Below, piece by piece: positions 1 through 10,527 of a stretch of 40,495 nucleotides of DNA. Under the pieces are notes generated by a model. The model was not told the DNA's origin and ran no database searches. It saw only the letters and a list, made by a program, of their open reading frames with translations. Source of the stretch: Caldisericaceae bacterium (GTDB lineage: Bacteria; Caldisericota; Caldisericia; Caldisericales; Caldisericaceae); contig JBMFRX010000013.1 of the NCBI GenBank assembly GCA_049967855.1, positions 1 through 40,495 on the forward strand, in the 5' to 3' direction. Position numbers and translations under genes: made by a program. Position 1 is the first letter of the stretch. Each line of letters starts with the position of its first letter.

Positions 1-2
1 AA

Positions 3-119
3 TTTCATGTTGTTATGAATGCAGGACATGCAGTTGTTATAGAGAAACCTAACGAAATTAATACACTTTTAGCAGGCTTCATCGGAAAAATACAAAATTT
101 GGAAGCCAATAATAACTAA
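3..119 (+). CDS. 3' fragment of a probable alpha/beta-fold hydrolase (runs in from window edge)
   Basis: Frame 3 reads FHVVMNAGHAVVIEKPNEINTLLAGFIGKIQNLEANNN*; the 'AGH-x4-E-x-P' pattern is typical of the catalytic-His C-terminus of alpha/beta hydrolases. Confidence 0.65.
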   Translation, partial: FHVVMNAGHAVVIEKPNEINTLLAGFIGKIQNLEANNN

Positions 120-187
120 TAATCAAATTTGAATTTTTGCCTTACGAGGAAACATCCTGCGGAAAAGAGTACAGGATACAAAGGAGT

Positions 188-219
188 AAAAAAAAGGGGA
201 GGCTCTAACAAGCCTCCTT
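188..219 (-). terminator. Intrinsic terminator downstream of the clpB-rsmG-C25 peptidase operon
   Basis: Stem GGAGGCT(198-204)/AGCCTCC(211-217) with 6-nt loop; the A-run at 188-195 is a U-tract on the minus strand. Confidence 0.75.
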
Positions 220-316
220 ATGCTATCTTTAGTTCTAGACCAGAGATGTATCACCCATTTTCTACATTATAATTATATATTGAAAATCACCCTCAATAAG
301 TCGAGAGTCATCAATT

Positions 317-2062
317 TTATTTCACAAAAAGAAATAGTAATAAGTCCCTTCCATCAATCCTATGGTTAAAATCAAGATCGCAAAACTCGTTGAATCCTTC
401 GTCCATATAATTCTTTCCAAATGATTTTATGATTGCTGCAAAATCATTTTCGTCAACAGAGCCATCGAAATTTACGTCTCTCTCTTCAAATCCCTTGCAA
501 GAAACAGGCAAAGAGGATTGCCAGGTTGAGGCTTTAACTTGTATTGAACCAACTACAAAACCTCGAATTTTGCCTTGAACTGAGACATCTCCTTGCACTC
601 CATTTAATCTTACAATTCCGAACTCATTGTCAATAATTGCTCCTGTTTGAGACACAGAATCGACATAGAAACTATGGCGCGGGAAAACAATAAATAGATC
701 TGATTTTGTATCAAAATTAAACTTTGCTTGAAATGTTTTATCAGAAGAGAAGGAAATTGGTATAAAAACATCTGGCACGGCGTTCTCTGATTCAATCTTA
801 CAAGAGAAATTAAGTTTCCACTTAACTGCAGGGTCACCGTATATGTTTAAATCGTATATATTCATAAGACTGCCCTCTGCAGGGTCTTCAATATCTTTGT
901 AGAGTAGATTCTTGAAATAATACTCAAATGAATCATACAACGACTTCCCAACAGAGCTTCCATTGCAAAGATTACGCGTGAAATAATAGTTAATACTTGA
1001 AGAACCGCCGTCATCTGGGGCTGTAAAATAAGAGGGAGTGAAGCTTATCTCAGTGGAGCCAATAAACACCGATGCCCCCTTTATGAGTATTGCCTTGCCC
1101 AAATTGTCATCTCCGTTCTCGTTGAGACAGCTTCCTGAGAACAAAATACCCGATGCTTTAAAATCATCTGTCTTGTTGATAAATTCTTTGAAGGTGTAAC
1201 CATCATCTGGCAATCCATTACCGTTCTTATCAATCCAGCTTTCACTGTATGCGGCGCCACTGCTGCCGTGGGCATCCCAGTCAACAAAAGCAGCATCGCC
1301 AATAGATGCAAGAAAATTGTTCTTAGTTAGAGGGAGAGTGCAGTCATACAGAGAAGGATAAGAACCATCCTTTTCAAAGAGAGTGGTTGTGTGAGAAGGA
1401 ATAACAGTCTTCAACAGCTGCATAAGTCGAGCTCCATCGCCATTAAAAATGTGAGCTCCATTGTAATCTTCCTGAGGAAATGAAATAAAAGACGCCGCAA
1501 GGACTGCTTTTTGGGAAGGATTCTTCTCAAACTCTACTGTATTCTCGAAAACTTCTTGTATCAGCAAGGGGTCGTCAAAGGGTATCCTTCCTACAATTAT
1601 CATTGGCTTAATCTGCATTGCATCACCATAAAGCTCTCCTGGGTAGCCGTCCTTATCTTTATCTATGTCTTCTCCAAGCAAAGCATAGTAAAGGTCAGTT
1701 TCGGTAGGAGATGGCACGCTTGTACTTGCATTATGCTGAGTATCTGATGGGTACATAAGAGGACGAGGAATAGTCTTCTCGCTGCCTACTATCAACAAGT
1801 AACCAGAGTTAAAATGCTTTGCAAGATATGCCCTTATGTCCTCTGCTTTTGAAGAGCCAATATCGTCTGTTGTGACTACTGAAACATTAAAGTCAGTTTT
1901 TCTGTATCGCGCAAAAAGCATAGCAGAATTCACAAGAGACGGGCTTGTCAAGATGATGTAGTTTTCAGAATGATTATAATTCGCATTTGCTGTATTTGTG
2001 CTCAGGAGAAGCGATATAACAAGAATAAAACAAACTACTCTCTGCTTCACTAAATTGCCCAT
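317..2062 (-). CDS. Secreted C25-family (gingipain-like) cysteine peptidase with C-terminal dockerin-like domain
   Basis: Signal peptide; YLLIVG, TDLYY, VGRIP motifs; His (DAHGS) and Cys (SGSCLN) dyad; NIYGDP end of the catalytic domain; C-terminal duplicated Ca-loop repeats DVNFDGSVDENDF...DLDFNHRIDGRDL. Confidence 0.8.
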   Translation of the reverse strand: MGNLVKQRVVCFILVISLLLSTNTANANYNHSENYIILTSPSLVNSAMLFARYRKTDFNVSVVTTDDIGSSKAEDIRAYLAKHFNSGYLLIVGSEKTIPRPLMYPSDTQHNASTSVPSPTETDLYYALLGEDIDKDKDGYPGELYGDAMQIKPMIIVGRIPFDDPLLIQEVFENTVEFEKNPSQKAVLAASFISFPQEDYNGAHIFNGDGARLMQLLKTVIPSHTTTLFEKDGSYPSLYDCTLPLTKNNFLASIGDAAFVDWDAHGSSGAAYSESWIDKNGNGLPDDGYTFKEFINKTDDFKASGILFSGSCLNENGDDNLGKAILIKGASVFIGSTEISFTPSYFTAPDDGGSSSINYYFTRNLCNGSSVGKSLYDSFEYYFKNLLYKDIEDPAEGSLMNIYDLNIYGDPAVKWKLNFSCKIESENAVPDVFIPISFSSDKTFQAKFNFDTKSDLFIVFPRHSFYVDSVSQTGAIIDNEFGIVRLNGVQGDVSVQGKIRGFVVGSIQVKASTWQSSLPVSCKGFEERDVNFDGSVDENDFAAIIKSFGKNYMDEGFNEFCDLDFNHRIDGRDLLLFLFVK

Positions 2063-2628
2063 AGCATGAAAATAATTCTTTCAATCACCGAAAGAATACT
2101 CCACCCAAACAACAACGAAAAGTAGCTCTTCTTATCAAAACTCTGGGTGCTTGTCCCGACATAATAAGTAACAATTGCTACAAGAACTCCAACAACAATC
2201 AAGCTTGAAGATACAAAATTGCTTACTGCTTCGCTCTGAATCAAAGAAAGGAAAATTAGAATTATCATAGTGAAAGAAATGAACTTCTCATAAAACTCCC
2301 TTGCCTCAAATAAGGAGTAAACGAAAAGGAGAGCTATGAAAGTAAAAATTAAAGGTGAAACGATAAGACTTCCCATTGTGCTCAATGACCCAAAAACAGA
2401 CGAGTACAAAAGCACTCCTGAAATTGTGCAGAAAACAACTTCCTTTCCCCTATGGACAGTTCGCTTGCAGGCATTCAAAAAGAACAAACTCAAAAGAAAC
2501 ATTATTGCAGAAATGACAATAATTCCTGCAAGACCAAGAGAAATGGAATAGAGCAGCAAAAATTTCGCAATTAGAAAAGTGACAATCAGGGTAATCGAGG
2601 TATTAAGAAAATCCTCTTTCACGCTCAT
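2050..2628 (-). CDS. Hypothetical integral membrane protein (about 6-7 TM helices)
   Basis: 192 aa, almost wholly hydrophobic; overlaps both neighbours, suggesting translational coupling. Confidence 0.75.
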   Translation of the reverse strand: MSVKEDFLNTSITLIVTFLIAKFLLLYSISLGLAGIIVISAIMFLLSLFFLNACKRTVHRGKEVVFCTISGVLLYSSVFGSLSTMGSLIVSPLIFTFIALLFVYSLFEAREFYEKFISFTMIILIFLSLIQSEAVSNFVSSSLIVVGVLVAIVTYYVGTSTQSFDKKSYFSLLFGWSILSVIERIIFMLWAI

Positions 2629-3335
2629 TTACGCCTGAGGCTCCTCAAAATTGAGGAGTAAGCTCTCGGATACTTCTGCGGAGTATTCCACTCTTTTGAT
2701 ATGCAAACAAGGTAGCGCTCAGTATCACCTTTATAGAGAGTATAGGGCTCTATCTTTTCCAAGCGCCCTCCGAGTTCATTGATCAAGCCAGTATAATTTT
2801 GCAGTTCATCTATGTCTTTCTTCCCTTTCCACAGAACAAGAGAGCCTCCAACTTTGACAAAAGGCATACCTATTTCAAGATTGAGAGGTATTTTACCGAA
2901 TTCCCTCATCGTGGCAATATCAAAAATCTCTCTAAATTGCGAATCTTTTGCCAGTTCCTCACCTCTCGCATTGAAAACCGCAACATCTTGAAGTCCAAGG
3001 CGTCCAAGCAAAACTCCAAGGAAGAGCGCTCTTTTTTTCTGAGAATCAAGAAGTGTTAAAGATATTTGAGGAAAAGCTATTTTGATAGGCACACCAGGAA
3101 AGCCGCCACCCGTACCTATGTCAACAATTTTGTCCCCTTCAGAAAAGGGTGGTACGACTCTGACCAATTCAAGAGAGTCTATAAAATGCTTTAGGACAAT
3201 CTCTTTATCTTCAGTGATTGCTGTAATATTAATACGCGTACCGTTCCAATCTTTGAGAACGTTTCTGTAGACTTCAAACATGTCAACAGCCTGCAGAGAG
3301 AGAGCAATCTTTAATTTTCTTGACTCTCTCCTCAA
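2625..3335 (-). CDS. rsmG: 16S rRNA (guanine(527)-N7)-methyltransferase
   Basis: INITAI...KHFIDSL, SAM motif DIGTGGGFPGVPIKI, LLDSQKKR, TPQKYPR. Confidence 0.93.
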   Translation of the reverse strand: MRRESRKLKIALSLQAVDMFEVYRNVLKDWNGTRINITAITEDKEIVLKHFIDSLELVRVVPPFSEGDKIVDIGTGGGFPGVPIKIAFPQISLTLLDSQKKRALFLGVLLGRLGLQDVAVFNARGEELAKDSQFREIFDIATMREFGKIPLNLEIGMPFVKVGGSLVLWKGKKDIDELQNYTGLINELGGRLEKIEPYTLYKGDTERYLVCISKEWNTPQKYPRAYSSILRSLRRK

Positions 3336-3349
3336 GAGGTTTTGAAGGT

Positions 3350-5965
3350 TTAGCTGGCTAATTTGAATGCCACCTCCCCTTTTTCAACATAACAATCTAT
3401 ATGGGCTTTCTTGTCAATTTCGTTCTTGATGATAAACTCGGCAAGCGGATTTTCAATATATTTCTGAATCGTCCTCTTAAGAGGCCTTGCACCATACACA
3501 GGGTCAAAGCCCTTGTTTACTATGAGAATCTTGACGTCGTTATCAAATGTGACTTCAATTTCCTTGTCTCTCAGCTTTGAAATGGTTTTGTCGAGGAGTA
3601 TATCAACGATCTGTTTCAGTTCACGCATACCAAGCGGATTGAACACAATAATATCGTCAACCCTGTTTAAAAATTCGGGCCTAAAAATGTGTCGCATCTC
3701 CTCATAAACCCTCTCTACAATACGTTCATATTGGTCCATATACTCTTTAGTCCCTGGCATTGCATTAATTTCTGAGATATACTTGCTTCCTATATTAGAA
3801 GTCATAATAATAATAGTATTCTTAAAATCAACAGTTCGACCTTTTGAATCGGTCAGCCTGCCGTCATCAAGAACCTGCAATAGTATGTTAAATACATCTG
3901 GATGAGCCTTCTCTATCTCGTCAAGCAAAACCACTGAATACGGAGCCCTCTTTACAGCCTCTGTAAGCTCTCCTCCTTCTTCATAACCAACATATCCTGG
4001 AGGAGCACCGACCAATCTTGAAACAGCAAATTTCTCCATATACTCGCTCATATCAACCCTAATCAGGGCTCTATCTGTGTCGAATAATGATTCGGCAAGC
4101 GCCTTGGCAAGCTCTGTCTTGCCTACACCAGTAGGACCGAGGAATATAAAGGAACCAAGAGGTCTATTTGGGTCGGAAAGCCCTGCTCTTGCCCTCCTTA
4201 TAGAATTAGCTACCGCTGAAATAGCTTGTTCCTGTCCGACTACTCTCTTTCTAAGCGTTGCTTCAAGCGAAAGTATTTTTTCCTTTTCAGTTTCGAGCAT
4301 CCTTGAAAGAGGGATACCAGTCCAACGCGAAACTACCTGGGCTATTTCCTCTTCGCTGACTTCTTCTTTGAGAAGCGGAGAGTTTTCCTGAAGTTTTTTC
4401 AAATTATCGTTTGCAACTTCAAGTTTCTTGTTTAGATATGGCAGCTCGCCATAAATTATCTTCGCTGCTTCGTCAAGTTCGCCACGAGTTTCAGCAAGAT
4501 GAGCACGTGTTTTCAAGTCCTCAATAGATTGTTTTATCTTTCTTATCTCCTCAATCACCTCTTTTTCTTGCTTCCACTTTGAAGTTAAGGCAAAATCTTT
4601 CTCTTTGAGATTGGCAAGCTCTCTTTCAAGAGATTGCAGCCGTTCTACAGATGATTGTTCTGTCTCTTTCTCGAGGGCTTTTTTCTCCATTTCAAGCATT
4701 CTTATCTTGCGCTTCAGCTCATCAAGCTCCACTGGCATACTGTCAATTTGCATTCTTAGAAGAGATGCTGCCTCGTCGATCAGATCTATCGCCTTATCAG
4801 GAAGAAACCTATCAGTAATGTAACGCGAGGATAACTTAACTGCTGCAATAATCGCACTATCTTTAATTCTTACTCCGTGATGCACTTCATACTTCTCTTT
4901 CAAGCCACGAAGAATAGCAATTGTTTCGTCTATTGATGGTTCCTTAACAAGCACAGGCTGAAATCTTCTCTGAAGTGCTGCATCTTTCTCGATGTACTTT
5001 CTATATTCGTCGATTGTGGTTGCACCTATCGTCCTGAGCTCCCCCCTTGATAAGGCAGGCTTGAGCATATTCGATGCATCCATCCCACCTTCACCTGTTG
5101 CACCGGCTCCAACGATTGTATGAATCTCATCAATGAAGAGTATAATCTGACCGCTTGCATTCTTAATCTCATCAATAACAGCCTTAAGCCTGTCTTCAAA
5201 CTCGCCTCTAAACTTTGTTCCTGCAACAATTGCCCCCATATCAAGTTGGAAAATAACCTTGTCTTTCAAGGTTTCTGGTACATCCCCTGAGACAATCCTC
5301 TCTGCGATGCCCTCCACAATTGCAGTTTTACCAACCCCGGCTTCACCTATCAGGATTGGGTTGTTTTTGGTTCTCCTTGATAATATCTGAATAGTTCTTC
5401 TTATTTCCTCGTCTCTTCCAATAACAGGATCGAGCGAGCCGTTTTTTGCAAGCTCTACAAGATTACGTCCATATTTCTCAAGAGCTTTATACTTGTTTTC
5501 TGGATTTCTATCAGTCACTTTGGCACCTCCACGTATATTTTGAATCGCATTTAAGACCTTTTCTCTCGTAAGACCATACACAGTGAAAACCTTGCCAAGC
5601 TCGCTTTTATCATCAAGAGCTGCAAGGAAAAGATGTTCTGTGCTTATGAATTCGTCTCCCATTTTTTTTGCTTCCTCTTCCGCCAACTTAAAAATAGAAT
5701 CAACCCGAGATGTTATGTAAAATTGATCGTCCGTGATACCCTGAACTTTTGGGAAATGCTCAATAATCCCGTAAACATCTTTAACAAGAAGCTCCTTATT
5801 TATTTTGAGGTCAAATAAAATCATAGGCACAACGCCTTCTTGCTGGTTTAAGAGCGCTATCAAGAGATGCTCGCTATCAATCGCGCTGTTTCCCTCCCTC
5901 TGAGCTATTTCCTTTGCCTCCATAAGGGCTTCCTGAACTTTTTCAGTAAACTTATTCTGGTTCAT
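3350..5965 (-). CDS. clpB: ATP-dependent chaperone/disaggregase ClpB
   Basis: Clp N-domain, two AAA+ modules ([16 protein letters not shown]), coiled-coil middle domain, GARPLKR. Start set at ATG 5965 behind SD GGAGGTG. Confidence 0.95.
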   Translation of the reverse strand: MNQNKFTEKVQEALMEAKEIAQREGNSAIDSEHLLIALLNQQEGVVPMILFDLKINKELLVKDVYGIIEHFPKVQGITDDQFYITSRVDSIFKLAEEEAKKMGDEFISTEHLFLAALDDKSELGKVFTVYGLTREKVLNAIQNIRGGAKVTDRNPENKYKALEKYGRNLVELAKNGSLDPVIGRDEEIRRTIQILSRRTKNNPILIGEAGVGKTAIVEGIAERIVSGDVPETLKDKVIFQLDMGAIVAGTKFRGEFEDRLKAVIDEIKNASGQIILFIDEIHTIVGAGATGEGGMDASNMLKPALSRGELRTIGATTIDEYRKYIEKDAALQRRFQPVLVKEPSIDETIAILRGLKEKYEVHHGVRIKDSAIIAAVKLSSRYITDRFLPDKAIDLIDEAASLLRMQIDSMPVELDELKRKIRMLEMEKKALEKETEQSSVERLQSLERELANLKEKDFALTSKWKQEKEVIEEIRKIKQSIEDLKTRAHLAETRGELDEAAKIIYGELPYLNKKLEVANDNLKKLQENSPLLKEEVSEEEIAQVVSRWTGIPLSRMLETEKEKILSLEATLRKRVVGQEQAISAVANSIRRARAGLSDPNRPLGSFIFLGPTGVGKTELAKALAESLFDTDRALIRVDMSEYMEKFAVSRLVGAPPGYVGYEEGGELTEAVKRAPYSVVLLDEIEKAHPDVFNILLQVLDDGRLTDSKGRTVDFKNTIIIMTSNIGSKYISEINAMPGTKEYMDQYERIVERVYEEMRHIFRPEFLNRVDDIIVFNPLGMRELKQIVDILLDKTISKLRDKEIEVTFDNDVKILIVNKGFDPVYGARPLKRTIQKYIENPLAEFIIKNEIDKKAHIDCYVEKGEVAFKLAS

Positions 5966-6124
5966 AATCACCTCCAATCACTTTCAGAAGTTTATTTTAT
6001 TTTAATACAATTTGTTTATTTAAAAAAACTGTTACTCATTCAATACGAAAAACCATTAAGCATTCTTAATTGAAATCCTGAAGAGTTTCTGAGAATTTAA
6101 CGCAACCAGCCTGAAGAAAAATTC

Positions 6125-7513
6125 TTAAGGAGCCATCGTTATTAGTCCGTATACTGTAATAGTGTCACCGTTATCAACTGCGGCATTATCAGGATAGGTA
6201 TCTGGATACTTCAAAATGTCGTCCACATTTATGTAATTCTTCCCGCCTTGCGTTATAACCTGTGGGTTTTCGTAAAGACACGGTGCCACCATCTCTTCAG
6301 GAAAACAGAGCTCTCCATTGATAATTGTTGCATATCTCTTACTTATTGTCCTTTCCCTTACAAGAGAGGCAAGAATATCTCCATATATCAAAACAGGAGC
6401 AAACTTTCTATTAACAGTTATTTCTCCGCAGCAGCCATAGATGTTGTCCCTATCAAATTTGCCGTTTAAAGTGAATGAAACAATCCCATTGGAGTCAGTT
6501 TTAAGGTCATAAGCGCCTATGGGCGTGTTACGCATTACTTTGCCATTTGCATCGGTTATCAGGAAATCAATTTTCTCATCCTTACCCTCAATGACAACAA
6601 TGCCTTTATCACCCTTATGATTTGGGAATATATCGCCTACTGTTGTTATAGGAGAAACAGGCTTTGCCTTGTAAAACACTTTGAAATCTTCTCCGAGAAT
6701 AGTGTCGGGATTATCTTTATCTTCAATTACATATTTTCCTGGCTCGTCAAAAGTAATCTTTTTTTCAAAGTAGTTGGCACAATCATCACAGGTGCCAGGT
6801 ACTGTTTTAACTTCAATTTTCTTTTCTGAAGGGAATATCACATAAAAAGCTTTTGTACTCTTTTGCACATAGCCTTTTATAACTGCAGTCTGGTTGACAT
6901 AGATTCCACAATAAGTAAACGCAGCTGCAGAACAGCATCGTATGACAGGAACATCGCTTACAAACTGCACAGGGAAAAACAGCTGGTCTTGAGAAATTTG
7001 AGGGTTCTCGCGTGTGAAATCACTATCCGAAAGCACAATATCCCTATTGACATCAAATGTTCCAATGAGAGAATATGGTCTTTTCATTGTTTCAAAATAG
7101 TTAATAAGCTGGATTTCGTGGACTCCTTTCTCAACAGAAACTGGCTTTCCAGTAAGCTTGCCCAGCCAATGCTTGTCCAAAACTATCATAAAATTTCCTG
7201 TGGTCTTAATCAGGACGCTGTACATTTCAGGGAGCTTTGCAAGAGCAAAAGATAGGGAAGTATTCTTGCCTATCTCAACGGTAAATTCTATTGTTTTAGA
7301 ATCATAACCTTCCATTGATAGGGTTACTTTATGCTTGCCCAAAGAAAGCTTATAATTGTCCAAAGGCGTTTTGCCCACTGAAACTCCGTCTATGCTGATA
7401 GATGCGCCCTCAGGAACTGAATCAATCGTTACGCTTCCTTCTTTCGCGGCGGGCTTGCACCCTGAAACAAGTAACAATAAAACCACCAATAATATTGCCA
7501 ATATCTTTTTCAC
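6125..7513 (-). CDS. PEGA-domain lipoprotein with Cys-rich C-terminal region
   Basis: Lipobox LVSG-C; PEGA domain (IDSVPEGASISIDGVSVGKTPL...GKHKVTLSMEGY); GTG start after GAGGCGG. Confidence 0.8.
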   Translation of the reverse strand: MKKILAILLVVLLLLVSGCKPAAKEGSVTIDSVPEGASISIDGVSVGKTPLDNYKLSLGKHKVTLSMEGYDSKTIEFTVEIGKNTSLSFALAKLPEMYSVLIKTTGNFMIVLDKHWLGKLTGKPVSVEKGVHEIQLINYFETMKRPYSLIGTFDVNRDIVLSDSDFTRENPQISQDQLFFPVQFVSDVPVIRCCSAAAFTYCGIYVNQTAVIKGYVQKSTKAFYVIFPSEKKIEVKTVPGTCDDCANYFEKKITFDEPGKYVIEDKDNPDTILGEDFKVFYKAKPVSPITTVGDIFPNHKGDKGIVVIEGKDEKIDFLITDANGKVMRNTPIGAYDLKTDSNGIVSFTLNGKFDRDNIYGCCGEITVNRKFAPVLIYGDILASLVRERTISKRYATIINGELCFPEEMVAPCLYENPQVITQGGKNYINVDDILKYPDTYPDNAAVDNGDTITVYGLITMAP

Positions 7514-7611
7514 TTCCGCCTCTTAATCTATTATACAGTAACACACAAACAATACAAAAGTTAATGGCTTTAATGGATACAAAATATTGCAGACTTTTGA
7601 TATAATTCAGC

Positions 7612-8481
7612 ATGCGAATAAAAATTTTGTCAATACTTCTTTTGGGAATGATTTCTGTCGGCACTGCTTCAATTCTAATAAAGCTTTGCAATGCATCTCC
7701 TATTGTCATTGCAACATACAGAATGTTTTTAAGCGCTTTAATGGTGCTCCCTGTGTTCCTGCTAAAAGGGCTTCTCGAAGCAAGAGAAAAGAAAAGCCAA
7801 ATAAAAGATTTTATCCCGCTGGGGATTCTCATTTCAGCGCATTTTATCCTCTGGATTTATTCTCTTTCTTACACGTCTGTTGCAAGTTCAACGGTGCTCG
7901 TGACCACCAATCCTATGTTTGTTCCCATTTTTTCATTTCTCATCTACAAAGAAAGAACAAACAAGAGATTGTTGCTCGGCATATTAATAGCAATCACGGG
8001 AAGCATACTCATCGCATTGGCTGCAAAGAACTCGGGCATCAGCAGGAATTTTGGCAATCTCCTCGCACTTCTTGGAGCTGTCGCAGTATCCCTGTACCTC
8101 ACAATCGGAAAAAGGGTTAGAAGTAATTTCAGCCTCATCTCTTATATTTTCTTTGTCTACTCTTTTGCTGGAATAATTCTCCTTGCAGTTGCTGTGATTA
8201 CCAGACAAAACCTATTCATCCACAGCAGCAAAACTTATTTGCTTTTATTTCTGATAGCTCTCATTCCACAGGTGATAGGACACACTGCATACAACTGGGC
8301 TTTAAAGTATCTGTCAGCATCTTTCATTGCAATTTCCATACTTGGGGAACCTATTTTTGCAACAATATTTGCCTTTTTCATACTCAAAGAAGTCCCTTCA
8401 ATTCTTGAAATTATTGGGGCTATCTTGATAATGGCCGGAATATATTTCTCTACGAGGGTAGAAGCTTATTTAAACAAATAG
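7612..8481 (+). CDS. DMT/EamA family transporter
   Basis: 289 aa, ~10 TM, two EamA repeats (SLSYTSVASSTVLVTTNP; ALKYLSASFIAISILGEP). Confidence 0.9.
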   Translation: MRIKILSILLLGMISVGTASILIKLCNASPIVIATYRMFLSALMVLPVFLLKGLLEAREKKSQIKDFIPLGILISAHFILWIYSLSYTSVASSTVLVTTNPMFVPIFSFLIYKERTNKRLLLGILIAITGSILIALAAKNSGISRNFGNLLALLGAVAVSLYLTIGKRVRSNFSLISYIFFVYSFAGIILLAVAVITRQNLFIHSSKTYLLLFLIALIPQVIGHTAYNWALKYLSASFIAISILGEPIFATIFAFFILKEVPSILEIIGAILIMAGIYFSTRVEAYLNK

Positions 8482-8695
8482 AAGAAACCAACGCTTCAAC
8501 TTTTTTGTGAACTATTAATCGTTTCAGCCACTTCGCAGAATAAATTTGCAAAAGCTCTCTTCAAAATAGCGAATAAGGAATTATGGCAGCAACCACGAAT
8601 CAACAAAAACTATAATTATGCTTACCCTTACGGTCAGCGGGGCAGCCACTGAAAGCACAAAAAGTGAAATGATAATGCGATAAGCCCTGTATTTT

Positions 8696-9148
8696 CTATC
8701 TGGAAAGTAGCTTTTCAGCAACCTGTCTTATAATATTAGAGTCCGCCCTCCCTTTGAGCTCTGAAACTGCAACCTTCATTACCCTTCCAAAATCCTTCTT
8801 GCCGTCTGCGCCAATCTCAGCAATAATCTTACTTATTATTTCCTCAACTTCTTTCTCTGAAAGCTGCTCTGGAAGATATGCCCTCAAAATTGCAAGTTCC
8901 TCTTCTTCTTTTGAAGCAAGGTCGTTTCTTTCTGCTTGTTTATACATCGCAATGGACTCTTCACGCTTCTTTATTTCTCGTTGTATGACACTCATCACAT
9001 CGTCGTCGGTAAGCTCTTTTCCTTTTTCTCTATTGTCAATCTCCTCATATTTCACGGCAGATTTTAACATCGTGAGCACACTTACCTTGAGACTATTCCT
9101 TGCCTTCATAGCCTCAATATAGTCTTTTGAAATCTTCTCGCTTAACAT
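8696..9148 (-). CDS. GatB/YqeY domain protein
   Basis: EAMKAR...LTDDDVMSVIQREIKKREESI...YLPEQLSE...FGRVMK...GRAD pattern. Confidence 0.92.
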   Translation of the reverse strand: MLSEKISKDYIEAMKARNSLKVSVLTMLKSAVKYEEIDNREKGKELTDDDVMSVIQREIKKREESIAMYKQAERNDLASKEEEELAILRAYLPEQLSEKEVEEIISKIIAEIGADGKKDFGRVMKVAVSELKGRADSNIIRQVAEKLLSR

Positions 9149-9412
9149 TTCAGCCTCCTTGAACGTGAAACTTTTTGCAAAACTGATTTATTTTATTATA
9201 ATATAATCAAATGAAAAATCTGTATTGCTTTAAAAACACTGTGGTCTACAACCATTTCATTTGTCTTAAAGTAAGACCTGTTTCTGCTTTACGAGAACAG
9301 CGCACGGATATGGTATATGAATGCAGTTGATCCTTTCATAGTAAGCTTGATATGCTTTTCACTCATTTTTGTAGCTGTCATTGTAATAATTAGGCAATCT
9401 AAGATAACATAC

Positions 9413-9434
9413 AGGGAGGGCATATGCCCTCCCT
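9413..9434. promoter_or_regulatory. Perfect 22-bp GC-rich palindrome just upstream of the buk RBS
   Basis: AGGGAGGGCATATGCCCTCCCT equals its own reverse complement; it ends ~11 nt before SD GGAGG. Confidence 0.6.
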
Positions 9435-9456
9435 TAAACTTTAGCGGAGGTAACAA

Positions 9457-10527
9457 ATGAAAATACTTGCGATTAACCCAGGCTCTACATCCACTAAAAT
9501 AGCGGTGTTCAATGATGAAAAACCTGTCTTTGAAAGTTCAATTAGACATTCTTCTGAAGAGCTGAAGAATTTCCAGAGAATTGTTGACCAGTACAACTTA
9601 AGGGTAGAAGTCATCCAGAAGGAACTTGAGTCTCATAGCTTCACCCTGGAGGATTTTGACGCCTTTGTAGGCCGTGGAGGACTTTTGCATCCAATTGAGT
9701 CTGGCACATACATAGTGAACGAAGCAATGATTGACGACCTGAAGGTTGCACGATACGGCGAGCATGCTTCAAACTTAGGAGCAATAATTGCCTACAGCCT
9801 TGCAGAGAAAGTTTCAAGAAACGCATACATTGTTGACCCAGTTGTTGTAGACGAAATGGGACTACTTGCAAGATTCACAGGGCTCAAAGAAATTCAGCGC
9901 AATTCAATTTGGCATGCACTTAATCAAAAAGCAATAGCCAGACAAGCAGCGCACGATATGGGAAAAAAATATGGAGATGTAAATCTTGTTGTTGTCCACC
10001 TTGGGGGAGGTATTTCTGTTGCAGCTCACAAAAAAGGCAAGACAGTTGATGTCAACAACGCCCTGAATGGAGATGGTCCTTTTGCTCCAGAAAGGTCAGG
10101 CGGACTTCCATCCATTGGTGTAGCTAACTTATGTTTCAACGGTAAGCACACATTCGATGAAATAAAGAAAATGTTTGCCGGGAAAGGAGGCCTTGTTTCT
10201 CATCTTGGCACAAACAATGCAGTAGAGGTGGAACAGATGATAGAAAAAGGTGATACCTACGCAAAATCAGTGTATGAGGCAATGGCCTACCAAATTGCAA
10301 AAGCAGTAGGAGAAATGGCAACAGTCCTTGAGGGCGATGTCGATGCAATAGTAATAACAGGTGGGCTTGCACGTTCAGACCTGCTGCTTGGCTGGATCAA
10401 AAATCGCGTTTCGTGGATAGCAAAAGTACTAACATATCCAGGAGAAGATGAAATGAAAGCACTCGCAGAAGGAGCTCTTAGGGTTCTCAGAGGAGAGGAA
10501 AAGGAAAAGACATATGAAAGAATTTGA
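9457..10527 (+). CDS. buk: Butyrate / branched-chain carboxylate kinase
   Basis: ILAINPGSTSTKIA, GRGG, HASNLG, HALNQKA, HLGGGISV, GPFAPERSG, YPGEDE. Confidence 0.95.
   Translation: MKILAINPGSTSTKIAVFNDEKPVFESSIRHSSEELKNFQRIVDQYNLRVEVIQKELESHSFTLEDFDAFVGRGGLLHPIESGTYIVNEAMIDDLKVARYGEHASNLGAIIAYSLAEKVSRNAYIVDPVVVDEMGLLARFTGLKEIQRNSIWHALNQKAIARQAAHDMGKKYGDVNLVVVHLGGGISVAAHKKGKTVDVNNALNGDGPFAPERSGGLPSIGVANLCFNGKHTFDEIKKMFAGKGGLVSHLGTNNAVEVEQMIEKGDTYAKSVYEAMAYQIAKAVGEMATVLEGDVDAIVITGGLARSDLLLGWIKNRVSWIAKVLTYPGEDEMKALAEGALRVLRGEEKEKTYERI

Noticed and set aside
190..277. Possible ~70-nt minus-strand sRNA between TATAAT boxes (266-277) and the terminator
   Set aside because: No correctly spaced -35 element, and the terminator is already explained by the upstream operon.
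5978..6124. CIRCE/CtsR/HAIR heat-shock operator upstream of clpB
   Set aside because: TTAAGCATTCTTAA only loosely resembles a CIRCE half-site; no proper inverted or direct repeat.
7422..8208. Overlapping alternative ORFs (136, 177, 64 and 74 aa) around the EamA gene, and similar antisense ORFs across the window
   Set aside because: Shadow frames of well-supported genes, with no motifs or RBS.
8482..8695. Short hydrophobic minus-strand frames downstream of yqeY (possible membrane-protein pseudogene)
   Set aside because: No start or SD and no recognisable family; hydrophobicity is expected from T-rich DNA.
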